In this document: piece after piece, positions 10,628 to 19,241 of the stretch
Layout: the number at the start of each line of letters is the position of its first letter
Position numbering within the stretch: position 1 is the first letter of the stretch
DNA from: a virus
Taxonomy: Duplodnaviria; Caudoviricetes
Length of the DNA: 64,000 bases
Reading direction: 5' to 3' (one strand)
Virus record (IMG/VR): IMGVR_UViG_3300032250_000449
Location: 29,053 to 93,052 of that record
The notes under the pieces: generated by a model
The model's database searches: none
Seen by the model: only the letters and a program-made list of their open reading frames with translations
Told to the model about the DNA's origin: nothing
Position numbers and translations under genes: made by a program

Positions 10628-10671
10628 CCTAGAAACACATAATACTATTTATAAGAATGTGAATTTCTAGG
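10628..10671 (-). promoter_or_regulatory. RBS-sequestering hairpin with late promoter TATAAATA (10646-10653) in its loop
   Basis: Minus strand CCTAGAAA-TT-CACAT [TCTTATAAATAGTATT] ATGTG-TTTCTAGG. The 3' arm covers AGG of the AGGA SD 8 nt before the endonuclease ATG. Confidence 0.85.
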
Positions 10672-10672
10672 T

Positions 10673-11578
10673 TTATACATCCATAGATAACCAATTATAA
10701 AAATCATCTACCCTAGTGTCAAATATTTCACCTGTAATAGTATCACGAACAGTTATTATAGTGTCTCCTGCAACACACTCAAATTCCTGAGCAAACTTCT
10801 CAAGGTCAAAATCCATAGCAGCAATGGTTTCTTTATACCATACTTCACCACGACCGGGAACACGTTGCCAAGGAACTTCAACATACTGATATCCGTTTGT
10901 GCCGTTCTTTGCGCCAGAGCATGTTTTGTAGAAGTGATTTAAACCATTTGGTGTGGATGTAAACAGAATCTTTGTTGTCTCACCAGATGATATGGTTGGG
11001 AAAACTGAAGCAAAGAACTCATCCCAATTTTCAACGAATGCAGCTTCATCAATGTATAGCAGTGAAATCGACTTACCACGAATGGCAGAGGAGCTTGTAG
11101 CAGCCGCAAGAACCTTACAACCGTTCTCTAGTTCGATAGAACCCTTATTCCACTCTAAAACTCCTTGCTGTAGCCAATCAGGAAGGCTTTCATATGATAG
11201 CTTGATACGGTCAAGGATTTCACGTGCGGCATCGCCCTTGTTTGCTAGAAGGGCAACTGTCTTATGTTCATTGAATAGAATGTAATGGAGAATGATTGCA
11301 GCCGCTGTAGTGGTCTTACCAGCCTGTCGAGATGTAACAACCGTAACACGACGATTGTTCATCAGTTTTACCATGATTTCTTTCTGGTAATCGTATAGTA
11401 CAATAGGGATCAATCCCCTGTCAACATGAACAATATGAATATATTTTTCAGCAAAATAAATTGGATCATCTTTACATTTTATAAACTCCTGAAGCATCTC
11501 AGCAGTCCATTGAATTTGTCTTCTCGCCTTCTTCAAAAGCGGGTTGCCATTGTATCCCTTATTCGGTATTATTGCCAT
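10673..11578 (-). CDS. gp17: Terminase large subunit N-terminal part (ATPase) fused to split-intein N-fragment
   Basis: YNGNPLLK, Walker A SRQAGKTT, Walker B LLYIDEAAF, STPNG. Ends FAQEFE/CVAGDTIITVRD... (intein block A) then stop. Confidence 0.96.
   Translation of the reverse strand: MAIIPNKGYNGNPLLKKARRQIQWTAEMLQEFIKCKDDPIYFAEKYIHIVHVDRGLIPIVLYDYQKEIMVKLMNNRRVTVVTSRQAGKTTTAAAIILHYILFNEHKTVALLANKGDAAREILDRIKLSYESLPDWLQQGVLEWNKGSIELENGCKVLAAATSSSAIRGKSISLLYIDEAAFVENWDEFFASVFPTISSGETTKILFTSTPNGLNHFYKTCSGAKNGTNGYQYVEVPWQRVPGRGEVWYKETIAAMDFDLEKFAQEFECVAGDTIITVRDTITGEIFDTRVDDFYNWLSMDV
10676..10777 (-). other. Split intein N-fragment (IntN, 34 aa)
   Basis: CVAGDTIITVRDTITGEIFDTRVDDFYNWLSMDV: Cys1 block A, placed exactly after the QEFE extein. 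Confidence 0.92.
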
Positions 11579-11981
11579 CTTTTTTCTTCATGTTTTCAAG
11601 CATCTGTTGAAGTTCAGCAGTCGATCCTACAAACAAATTATTGTTGATTGTTTGACCGCTTTCTTCTGGCTTTTTAGCAACGAGTTTTGCTTTTTTGGCT
11701 TGTAAATCGACAAGACCCATGCTAATATCAGCGTAGGTTTTTATCATTGAATTAAGAACTTCATATGCTTTAGGGTGTTGTGATTGCTGAGCGATTGTAA
11801 GCATATCTTGAACCGCTACTTGACTAAGATCAATTGCATTTGTCAGGTTCTCACGAGCCTGTTCAACGTCTTCTTCTAGCTGCTCGTTGTCTGTTTGTAC
11901 AACAGCAGGAACAAGGTCTTTCTTATCGTCAAATTGTGCCATTGGATTTAATCCCAAGGCATTGTCTAAGTATTTTGACAT
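11559..11981 (-). CDS. gp16: Terminase small subunit
   Basis: ARENL, SQHPKAYEVL, NNNLFVGSTAELQQML; immediately upstream of terL. Confidence 0.93.
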   Translation of the reverse strand: MSKYLDNALGLNPMAQFDDKKDLVPAVVQTDNEQLEEDVEQARENLTNAIDLSQVAVQDMLTIAQQSQHPKAYEVLNSMIKTYADISMGLVDLQAKKAKLVAKKPEESGQTINNNLFVGSTAELQQMLENMKKKDGNNTE

Positions 11982-13039
11982 TAGTAATTCTCGTATAAGT
12001 TTAGAATGAAGCCGTAATCTGAATCGTATTGAATATTATCGTAGTTTTTAAGGTTATACACCGGTTTTCTTGTAATTGTACTAATTGTTCCAACTGCATT
12101 TGATTGTTGACCTCTGACGGTATTACCAACTGCTAATGAACCGTTTACCATACTTGTATCAATATGAGTTGCATTGCTTTGTCTGACATATACGTAATTC
12201 AAATTATCAAGATAAACCTTTTCAGTTTGAATAAATTGTCCTGTAACACCTGTTAAAGCATACTCAAAAATAGCATTATTTGAATGTGCTGGCTGACCAT
12301 TTGAATATTGTGCAGGAAAGATTTCCATATTAACTTGTGATGGTGAGTTGTTTTGTGTAGCGTATTCCATTAAAATGTTTCCGGGAGGAATACTAATATT
12401 TGCATCAATCTCTTTAATAATACCGGTGCTAGCAGAAAGGGTTGGTCCAAAGAAATACCCCTTAATAGTAAAATTTAGCGTCCATATAATAGCTCTACGA
12501 TTTATGAAATCACCTTCATAAGTGTCTTCGCAAACAATATTATCAAGTGTGATTGGTATGTCATGCTTGATATTCATCTCTGGTACAAGATTAAGGGTAG
12601 CAGACCACATAGGATTGAAATATGGTAGAATCTGCTCTATGATGTATGTACCATCTTCAGCATTCTTAACCATTATTTTTAGTGTAATGTCAATGTTATA
12701 TGGAACAGGCATATATTGATAAAGAACACCCGGTGGATAATTCGGATCAGGTGTAGTTATTTTATTTGTTAGTGGAAGTTTTCTATTAGAATCGTATGTA
12801 ATTCCTGTGATTTCAAATGCCATGCGTGGTAATTGCATAGCAATAGGACGCTGTAGATCAGGATTTCCTTCTAGTCGTGCAAGAAACTTTTCATGAGGAC
12901 CATAATTCAACGGCACTTTCATGTTTTGAACAAGATTGCCATCATTATCATATCTGTTGATCCAGATATTATTGAAGAGAGTGCCAAAATAAATAATGTA
13001 TTTTCTTAAAGTACCGTGACCAAACGTTGTGCTAAACAT
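11981..13039 (-). CDS. gp15: Tail sheath stabiliser/tail completion protein with C-terminal extra module
   Basis: FGTLFNNI, KVPLNYGP.EKFLARL, LPRMAFEI, QILPYFNP, IIWTLNFTIKGYFFGP. Confidence 0.94.
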   Translation of the reverse strand: MFSTTFGHGTLRKYIIYFGTLFNNIWINRYDNDGNLVQNMKVPLNYGPHEKFLARLEGNPDLQRPIAMQLPRMAFEITGITYDSNRKLPLTNKITTPDPNYPPGVLYQYMPVPYNIDITLKIMVKNAEDGTYIIEQILPYFNPMWSATLNLVPEMNIKHDIPITLDNIVCEDTYEGDFINRRAIIWTLNFTIKGYFFGPTLSASTGIIKEIDANISIPPGNILMEYATQNNSPSQVNMEIFPAQYSNGQPAHSNNAIFEYALTGVTGQFIQTEKVYLDNLNYVYVRQSNATHIDTSMVNGSLAVGNTVRGQQSNAVGTISTITRKPVYNLKNYDNIQYDSDYGFILNLYENY

Positions 13040-13704
13040 TAAACATCTCCATTACTGAAAGGATCAACGTTAGACCAATCTATAATATCAGCACCATCTT
13101 GTTGAAACTCGACATTTGTTTCAAACACATCAAGCATAGCTGCTTCATATGCAGTATCGTCTGTAACGTTTGAAACTGTGTATTTTGTTTCAATCGAATC
13201 GATTTCATATATACCAGTATTGAAGAATTCATTAGAATATTCCCAAACATCACATGCAATATCCCAGAGTTGTAGATTTCCCATTTGATAGAAAATGGCC
13301 GTCTGGTTAACATATTTAATAACAAAAAGACGCTTCATCATTGTTGAGTAAATTAGATCACCTTCACGAGGTCTTTGAATTTCTGGTTGTTGTGTTGATA
13401 CTTCTTTACCAAATGCTCTTCTAGCGATAGTAAATGTTACAGAATCTCTGATTTCTAGGTTGAACTTAGACAAGAATGTACCATCACCTTCATAAGAATC
13501 GTATGATTTAATGTACATATCAATTTCATATGAATTATTGTATGAAGATAGAGTATCTTCGCCATAGATATCATCTTTTTTAACTAATTTTCTTGGAAGA
13601 TAATAAACCGTGTGTCCATATATCGATAGGCTCTCATTGATCAGAGATTCAATAAGGTCTTGTTCTGCATAGTTGTTAAAGTTGTCAAAATAGACGCTTG
13701 GCAT
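13039..13704 (-). CDS. gp14: Neck protein
   Basis: EQDLIESLINES, YYLPR, LSKFNLEIRD, RPREGDLIY, FYQMG, YSNE; between gp13 and gp15. Confidence 0.93.
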   Translation of the reverse strand: MPSVYFDNFNNYAEQDLIESLINESLSIYGHTVYYLPRKLVKKDDIYGEDTLSSYNNSYEIDMYIKSYDSYEGDGTFLSKFNLEIRDSVTFTIARRAFGKEVSTQQPEIQRPREGDLIYSTMMKRLFVIKYVNQTAIFYQMGNLQLWDIACDVWEYSNEFFNTGIYEIDSIETKYTVSNVTDDTAYEAAMLDVFETNVEFQQDGADIIDWSNVDPFSNGDV

Positions 13705-13738
13705 TTAATATTCCTAAGTATTTGATTTAATTGTATTT

Positions 13739-14482
13739 TTAACCTATCATATCCGAAACCGGCAAACTGTAGCTGCTAATCATCTCTGCTTCCATCTTTT
13801 CGATTTCTTGCTGAGCATCACCTAAAATCTTTTCACCATTAAACTGTACACCGCCCGGCAATGACATACCAGTGAACTTGGTGAGGTTGCTACCCCATTG
13901 ATACTTGATCTTTGCAGTGCAGTAATTTTGTAACCAACGATCAGACCAAACTTCTGTATATATTTCAGGATCAACTATCTCATACGCTTCGACCAGAAGG
14001 TACTCACCAACATTCACTTTCGACCAATCCATGTCAACATATAGACGATCTTTGTGTCTATTATATCTTATTGGTTGTTGACCAACCAGCAACTCTGAGA
14101 TAAGTGAAAGATGTTCCATGGCCATATAGTAAGGGACCATAGAAACGCTTGTCAGAGAGTAAAGATCATTTAGAGCAATCTGATAGCGAATGTTGAATAA
14201 ATCATCTGAGCGAATGCTAGGATCAGCAATAGGAAACACTCTCACAGCACCAATTATGTTTTCTGGAAGTGTTATATATTTGTCGATTACGTTGTTTGCA
14301 TCAATCTGATGTTTGTAATAAATCTTCTCACTACCATCAAAGTGATAGTCCCAATAATAACGAAGACATTCGTCAATACGATCATCAACTTGATCGTCAT
14401 CAACGTTGATTTCGATTACAGGTTTGCCTAGCTTACGAAGGCAATATTCTTTGAAAGAATCTCTGGTTGTTGGAACTGACAT
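13739..14482 (-). CDS. gp13: Neck protein
   Basis: YCLRKLGKPVIEINVDDDQVDDRID, QWGSNLTKF.GMSLPGGVQFNG. Confidence 0.95.
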   Translation of the reverse strand: MSVPTTRDSFKEYCLRKLGKPVIEINVDDDQVDDRIDECLRYYWDYHFDGSEKIYYKHQIDANNVIDKYITLPENIIGAVRVFPIADPSIRSDDLFNIRYQIALNDLYSLTSVSMVPYYMAMEHLSLISELLVGQQPIRYNRHKDRLYVDMDWSKVNVGEYLLVEAYEIVDPEIYTEVWSDRWLQNYCTAKIKYQWGSNLTKFTGMSLPGGVQFNGEKILGDAQQEIEKMEAEMISSYSLPVSDMIG

Positions 14483-14504
14483 TTATTTTTTCCTAGTTTT
14501 ATTG

Positions 14505-14512
14505 TATTTATA
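14505..14512 (-). promoter_or_regulatory. Late promoter TATAAATA upstream of gp13
   Basis: Exact consensus in intergenic region. Confidence 0.85.
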
Positions 14513-14516
14513 TTAT

Positions 14517-17500
14517 TTAAAACATTTGTAAGAACTTACCATCAAACCTATACTGGAAAATAATATTGGCATTATTGCCTTGATTAAGATTCTGATTTGA
14601 TGTTAAAGCTATAAACTTGTTAGGCGGATACTGAGGTGTAGTAGTAATATATGAAATATATGAATTTGATAGATTTATATAATTCTGACCAACATAATTA
14701 ATAACTGTGTTACCATAAATCGATCCTGATATAGTGCAATTATTTAATTCCAAATTTTTTACGTTATAAGGATATGCATTTTCTTGAAAATTAACCACTT
14801 TTCTTATGGTATTCATGTTTTTGATGTTGTTTATAGTTTTACCAGCCATATAAATATTAGTGGTGTTACTAATAGCAATAGAATGTAGCTCTATGTCTAT
14901 ATTAGAATAATTTGCATTTGGATTGTTATCCTCAATATTTATTGGATAGTATTGATTATTATTAGGATTTCGTGATCCATAAAATTGTATCTTACCTCCT
15001 ACACTGCTAGATAAAACGTTACAATATGTAGTAACATCTGACACTTCGTCATAAGAAGACACAACATAACTAGCACTAGGTATTACTGATCCTTGCATAC
15101 CATGTATTCTTAATATACCACCCTTTAAATCTAGTGTTCCACCTCCTGAAATAAAAAACCCACCCTGTACAGTATATCCATTTAAATCAAGTTTTCCATT
15201 AAATATTGTAGGCAAGTCACCACTAGAGCCGCTAGTAGAATAGTTAGTAGAATTACCAAATGTTATATTGTTTAATAATGAAAGAGTTCCATTTGTCGTA
15301 GGGGTATTAAAATTAAGATAAAAATTAGAACAGGATAAACTTCCATCTTGTTTTCTTATTCTTAATGTTTTTGTGTCTTCGCCAGTATAAAATAAAACAT
15401 CGTTTAATATAATACTATTGCAATTTGCATTACCATAAATTCTTGCAGTCCCCGATCCTGTTATATCATTTGTGTTGATATCGTATAGGTTTGCAGTCAC
15501 CGCACCACCCACAATTATATTTGCTACATTTATGGTTCCATATACATAGGTAGTGCCAGTAAAGGTTACGGTATGCACAGCGCCTGTTATGTTATTATAT
15601 GAACCTGATACAGAAGGAAGTGTAATCGAAGGACCATATGTAAAATTAATATTTGCCCAAGAAATGTTAGAATATACTGCTTGTGGAAAAAAGGTTGCAT
15701 TTATTTGTACAGGAGACTGAGTAGTTCCAGACCAAGGTGTTAAATATATATTACTACTACTAGACGAAGTAATTGTTGTTGTATCACCAGCAATTGGCGG
15801 TTCTAATGAAATATTGGTCATGTAAACACCAAAACTAGTTACAGTGTTGCATTGCAGTCTTGTCTTAGGAGATATACATGTAATAGTTTGATTGCATAAC
15901 AAATTATTTGTTATCTTAACTTCATTTGTCGAACAATCCACCTCTAACGGGAATGTAATAGTATTTGGACAAGTAATAGTTATGGTGTTATTAGACACCG
16001 GATAAAATGAATCCTGAACAATAATTGTCTGTGAAGATGTAGAAGGAAGGGTCATAGTATTTGAAAATATTAAGTCACCATATACATATGATAACGTAGG
16101 AACACCAAAGGTTCTTGAAAAACTTCCAAAATCACTATCAAAGTTAAGACCTGATGCCCTTCCACTTAAATTAAATGTAGTACTTGCGGTTGTACCTCTG
16201 ACTTTTAAGTAAGGTCCACTACCATCACCGAACGCAGTAAGATCAGCAGTATATGTGCGTGATCCACCAAGAGTATGATTGCAATTGTATCTTACAACAG
16301 GAGCGGTGTCAACCAAATCGGTCTGAATAGTAAAGTTGGTATTTGTTGATGGTATAGAAAGTAATGTCCCCGAAGATACTCCATATGCATTAACCATCAT
16401 ATAACCATCACCAAAATCTAACGATGCTGCGCTTGCGCCAGCAGATGCCGTATAGCCGGTTGTTTCTACATTATATGCTGATGTAGGATATTTATCATAA
16501 AAACGAAAAGCTCCCGAATTATGTGTTATCGTGCCGGTACAATAAAAATTATCATATAGATATACATCACCGTCTATAGTTAAGCTTGCTACAGCATTAG
16601 CAGCATTGAAATTTTTTATTCTACATGTTCCACTCAATGTTATAGGACTTAATGTTGAACCTTGTTTAAATATAAAAACAGGATATGCATTAAATCCGTC
16701 TATCTGAGGAATTATAGGGCCTGTGATAGATATAGAATTTGATCCATTATAAGTCGATGTAATGAATAGAGTTACTCCACCATTACCGGTTCCTCCTGAT
16801 AATGTCAGATTTGTTGTTGATGGATTGAAAATTGTACCAGAACCTGATATAGAAATAGACTTGCTATACCCACAATCTATATCTCTATTTAATATACCCG
16901 CTGATACAAATGTAGAGCAAGTAAGATCAGCAGTCAGTTTTAATTTACCAGCAGTAAAGGTAAAAGTTCCTGTACATAAGCAAGAATCTCTTAATGTTAG
17001 ACCATTTAATGTTCCAGTATCGGATGATACAAACCCAATATTAGTGCCTGTATATGTGCCTGATCCTATAGTCAATCCTGCAAAACTTCCATTAATAGTA
17101 GTTCCAACATACGATGGGTTGGTTGCATTTACGACTGAAAATACAGAAAATGTAAATGAAGTTACTGCATCCATTAAGAAATAAGGATATTTGCTTGAAG
17201 GCGAGTAGTCTGCTGTGTATATTGATGTAGTCGCACTAGTATTTGTAAACTTAAATACCGGATTTCCAGCGCCAGCAAAAGTCAATGATAAACCAGATAA
17301 ATTGTCTGGAATATAATATGGACTTGATGATGTGGATGTACCTGAGTTTGTTAAAGTAATATACGAACTTGTACCAAACTTTATTGTTCTTGCATTTGTA
17401 TTTGATGCCGCAGTAACATATTCTTTAGCTGTTATAGAAACGTTATTAGTTTCTAAATCTAAAGTATCATTTGTATGTGTAAGAGTACCCATAGTTAATG

Positions 17501-19229
17501 CTTCAATAATATATAAGGTAGTTGCAACGCCAGCAGTGCCTACTGTAACGCTTCCCGTTCCTACCCAAGAACCCGCACCCGCTGCTAGATTAGCATATCC
17601 AGTAAAAGTAGTGGTGCCTGTTCCAGACATAGAAAATATTGGAAGATTACCAATACTGATTGTATTGTTGATTGTTATAGCAGTTGATGACGCAAATGAA
17701 CTTCTTACTCTAGGTATACCACTAAATGTACAATTCGGATTAGTGAAATTCCATATGTTTCCGCTTCCTGAAAGAACAAGATTATATGTTCCAGAAAAAG
17801 ATAGTGGAAAGGCAATTGATGATGTTGCCGATGTAGTGGCTATAAAACTAGAAGCATTTAAGACACCACCAGTAATATCTAAAGTTCCACCATCAAGTGT
17901 TACTGCACCACCAGTAAATGTCAATCCATTAGAGTTAACTTTAACTACAGCATTATTTTGTATTGTAAGAGGACCAATACCTGATGTAGTTCCTTGCACA
18001 AAACAGGTACCAGTAGTTACACCACTGCTTGTTATAGTGACAGGACCAGTACCAGAATTAATAATAAATGTAGGATAGTTTGTAGGTGTAGATGCGTTTA
18101 GAGGGGCCAATATAATTGTTCTTAATCCACTTGATGCATATGACAAGCTTACAAGAGGTGTTCCGTTTATAGTATAACCACTAACAAAATTCCATACACT
18201 TCCTTGATCATTAAGTATCAAGTTTGTACCACTAGATGGAAAAGTTATAGTTCCACTGTTTGGTCCAGTTATAGATGATGCCGTTAATACACCTGACGCA
18301 AGGTTTAAAGTTCCACCAGATATACTTACGATGGCTCCTGTGAGAGTGAAACCATTTGAAGCGACAATAACAGTAGTGTTGCTGCTTATTGTCATCGTAG
18401 AAGGACTTGTAGTTCCTCTAACATAACAGGCACCACCACCAGAAAAAGTCAATGTACCACTAGAAGCACCACTAAAAATAAATATAGGATAGTTTGTAGG
18501 TGTAGATGCGTTTAGAGTAGATACTACAATACTTCTTGCCCCGCTTGCTGAATGGGTCAAGTTTACAGTAGGAGTTCCAACTATTGATAAACCTGATGTT
18601 GAAACGTTCCAAGGACTGACACCAGTTAATGACATAGAAGAAGAAGCACCAAATGTTAACGTTCTTGTTCCTGCCCCAGACGATTCAAAAAGAGTAGACG
18701 TAAGTGTAGTAGTACCTAAATTTAAATTTCCTTGCGTAAGAGAAACACCACTAGCATTACTTACACGTAGGTTTCCTGTTAAATTAAATGTTGTCGTAGA
18801 CGATCCATTAAATATAACAGCCGCTGCAATCAAGTTCGCATTAAGATCAGGATTTATATTATAACTTGAGCCTTGTCCATTGAATCTGAGAAAGCCATTT
18901 GAAGTCCATGCTACGCTTAGAGCAGCAGAAAGGTTCATATTACCAGAAACTGTTAGAATACCACTGGTGCCAGCCATAGTTAAACCTACAACACCACTGC
19001 TACCACCAAATGTTATATCTCTACAAACTGCACCACCGCCTGCTGCGGGTATCGTGACAGAGAAATTTCCTGATGCTTTATAGATAATCACGTCATCATT
19101 AGCATTTGGTAGAGCAGCAGGAGCAGAACCACTTGGAACGCCACCATTGTCTGTTCTCCAATGTGATAATGTATTCCATGTTGCTGAAGTTGATGCGGCA
19201 GATGTACCAATCAAATATAGTGTTGCCAT
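14517..19229 (-). CDS. Large Gly/Ser/Thr-rich beta-solenoid-like protein, putative receptor-binding adhesin
   Basis: 1570 aa of beta-strand repeats (TLNL.GG.L) resembling autotransporter passenger domains; N-terminal WN..S.W...P...DDV motif; coupled downstream of a fibre gene. Confidence 0.6.
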   Translation of the reverse strand: MATLYLIGTSAASTSATWNTLSHWRTDNGGVPSGSAPAALPNANDDVIIYKASGNFSVTIPAAGGGAVCRDITFGGSSGVVGLTMAGTSGILTVSGNMNLSAALSVAWTSNGFLRFNGQGSSYNINPDLNANLIAAAVIFNGSSTTTFNLTGNLRVSNASGVSLTQGNLNLGTTTLTSTLFESSGAGTRTLTFGASSSMSLTGVSPWNVSTSGLSIVGTPTVNLTHSASGARSIVVSTLNASTPTNYPIFIFSGASSGTLTFSGGGACYVRGTTSPSTMTISSNTTVIVASNGFTLTGAIVSISGGTLNLASGVLTASSITGPNSGTITFPSSGTNLILNDQGSVWNFVSGYTINGTPLVSLSYASSGLRTIILAPLNASTPTNYPTFIINSGTGPVTITSSGVTTGTCFVQGTTSGIGPLTIQNNAVVKVNSNGLTFTGGAVTLDGGTLDITGGVLNASSFIATTSATSSIAFPLSFSGTYNLVLSGSGNIWNFTNPNCTFSGIPRVRSSFASSTAITINNTISIGNLPIFSMSGTGTTTFTGYANLAAGAGSWVGTGSVTVGTAGVATTLYIIEALTMGTLTHTNDTLDLETNNVSITAKEYVTAASNTNARTIKFGTSSYITLTNSGTSTSSSPYYIPDNLSGLSLTFAGAGNPVFKFTNTSATTSIYTADYSPSSKYPYFLMDAVTSFTFSVFSVVNATNPSYVGTTINGSFAGLTIGSGTYTGTNIGFVSSDTGTLNGLTLRDSCLCTGTFTFTAGKLKLTADLTCSTFVSAGILNRDIDCGYSKSISISGSGTIFNPSTTNLTLSGGTGNGGVTLFITSTYNGSNSISITGPIIPQIDGFNAYPVFIFKQGSTLSPITLSGTCRIKNFNAANAVASLTIDGDVYLYDNFYCTGTITHNSGAFRFYDKYPTSAYNVETTGYTASAGASAASLDFGDGYMMVNAYGVSSGTLLSIPSTNTNFTIQTDLVDTAPVVRYNCNHTLGGSRTYTADLTAFGDGSGPYLKVRGTTASTTFNLSGRASGLNFDSDFGSFSRTFGVPTLSYVYGDLIFSNTMTLPSTSSQTIIVQDSFYPVSNNTITITCPNTITFPLEVDCSTNEVKITNNLLCNQTITCISPKTRLQCNTVTSFGVYMTNISLEPPIAGDTTTITSSSSSNIYLTPWSGTTQSPVQINATFFPQAVYSNISWANINFTYGPSITLPSVSGSYNNITGAVHTVTFTGTTYVYGTINVANIIVGGAVTANLYDINTNDITGSGTARIYGNANCNSIILNDVLFYTGEDTKTLRIRKQDGSLSCSNFYLNFNTPTTNGTLSLLNNITFGNSTNYSTSGSSGDLPTIFNGKLDLNGYTVQGGFFISGGGTLDLKGGILRIHGMQGSVIPSASYVVSSYDEVSDVTTYCNVLSSSVGGKIQFYGSRNPNNNQYYPINIEDNNPNANYSNIDIELHSIAISNTTNIYMAGKTINNIKNMNTIRKVVNFQENAYPYNVKNLELNNCTISGSIYGNTVINYVGQNYINLSNSYISYITTTPQYPPNKFIALTSNQNLNQGNNANIIFQYRFDGKFLQMF

Positions 19230-19241
19230 AATATATTCCTT

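Noticed and set aside
9941-10675. Group I intron interrupting terL
   Set aside because: Only 54 nt of non-coding sequence and the endonuclease overlaps the downstream ORF, leaving no room for a ribozyme core. Intein motifs explain the split.
16762-19083. Long plus-strand ORFs (140, 248, 67 aa) opposite the 1570-aa gene
   Set aside because: Antisense shadows of Thr/Gly/Ser-rich codons with no SD or motifs. The same applies to the other short antisense and nested ORFs in the track.
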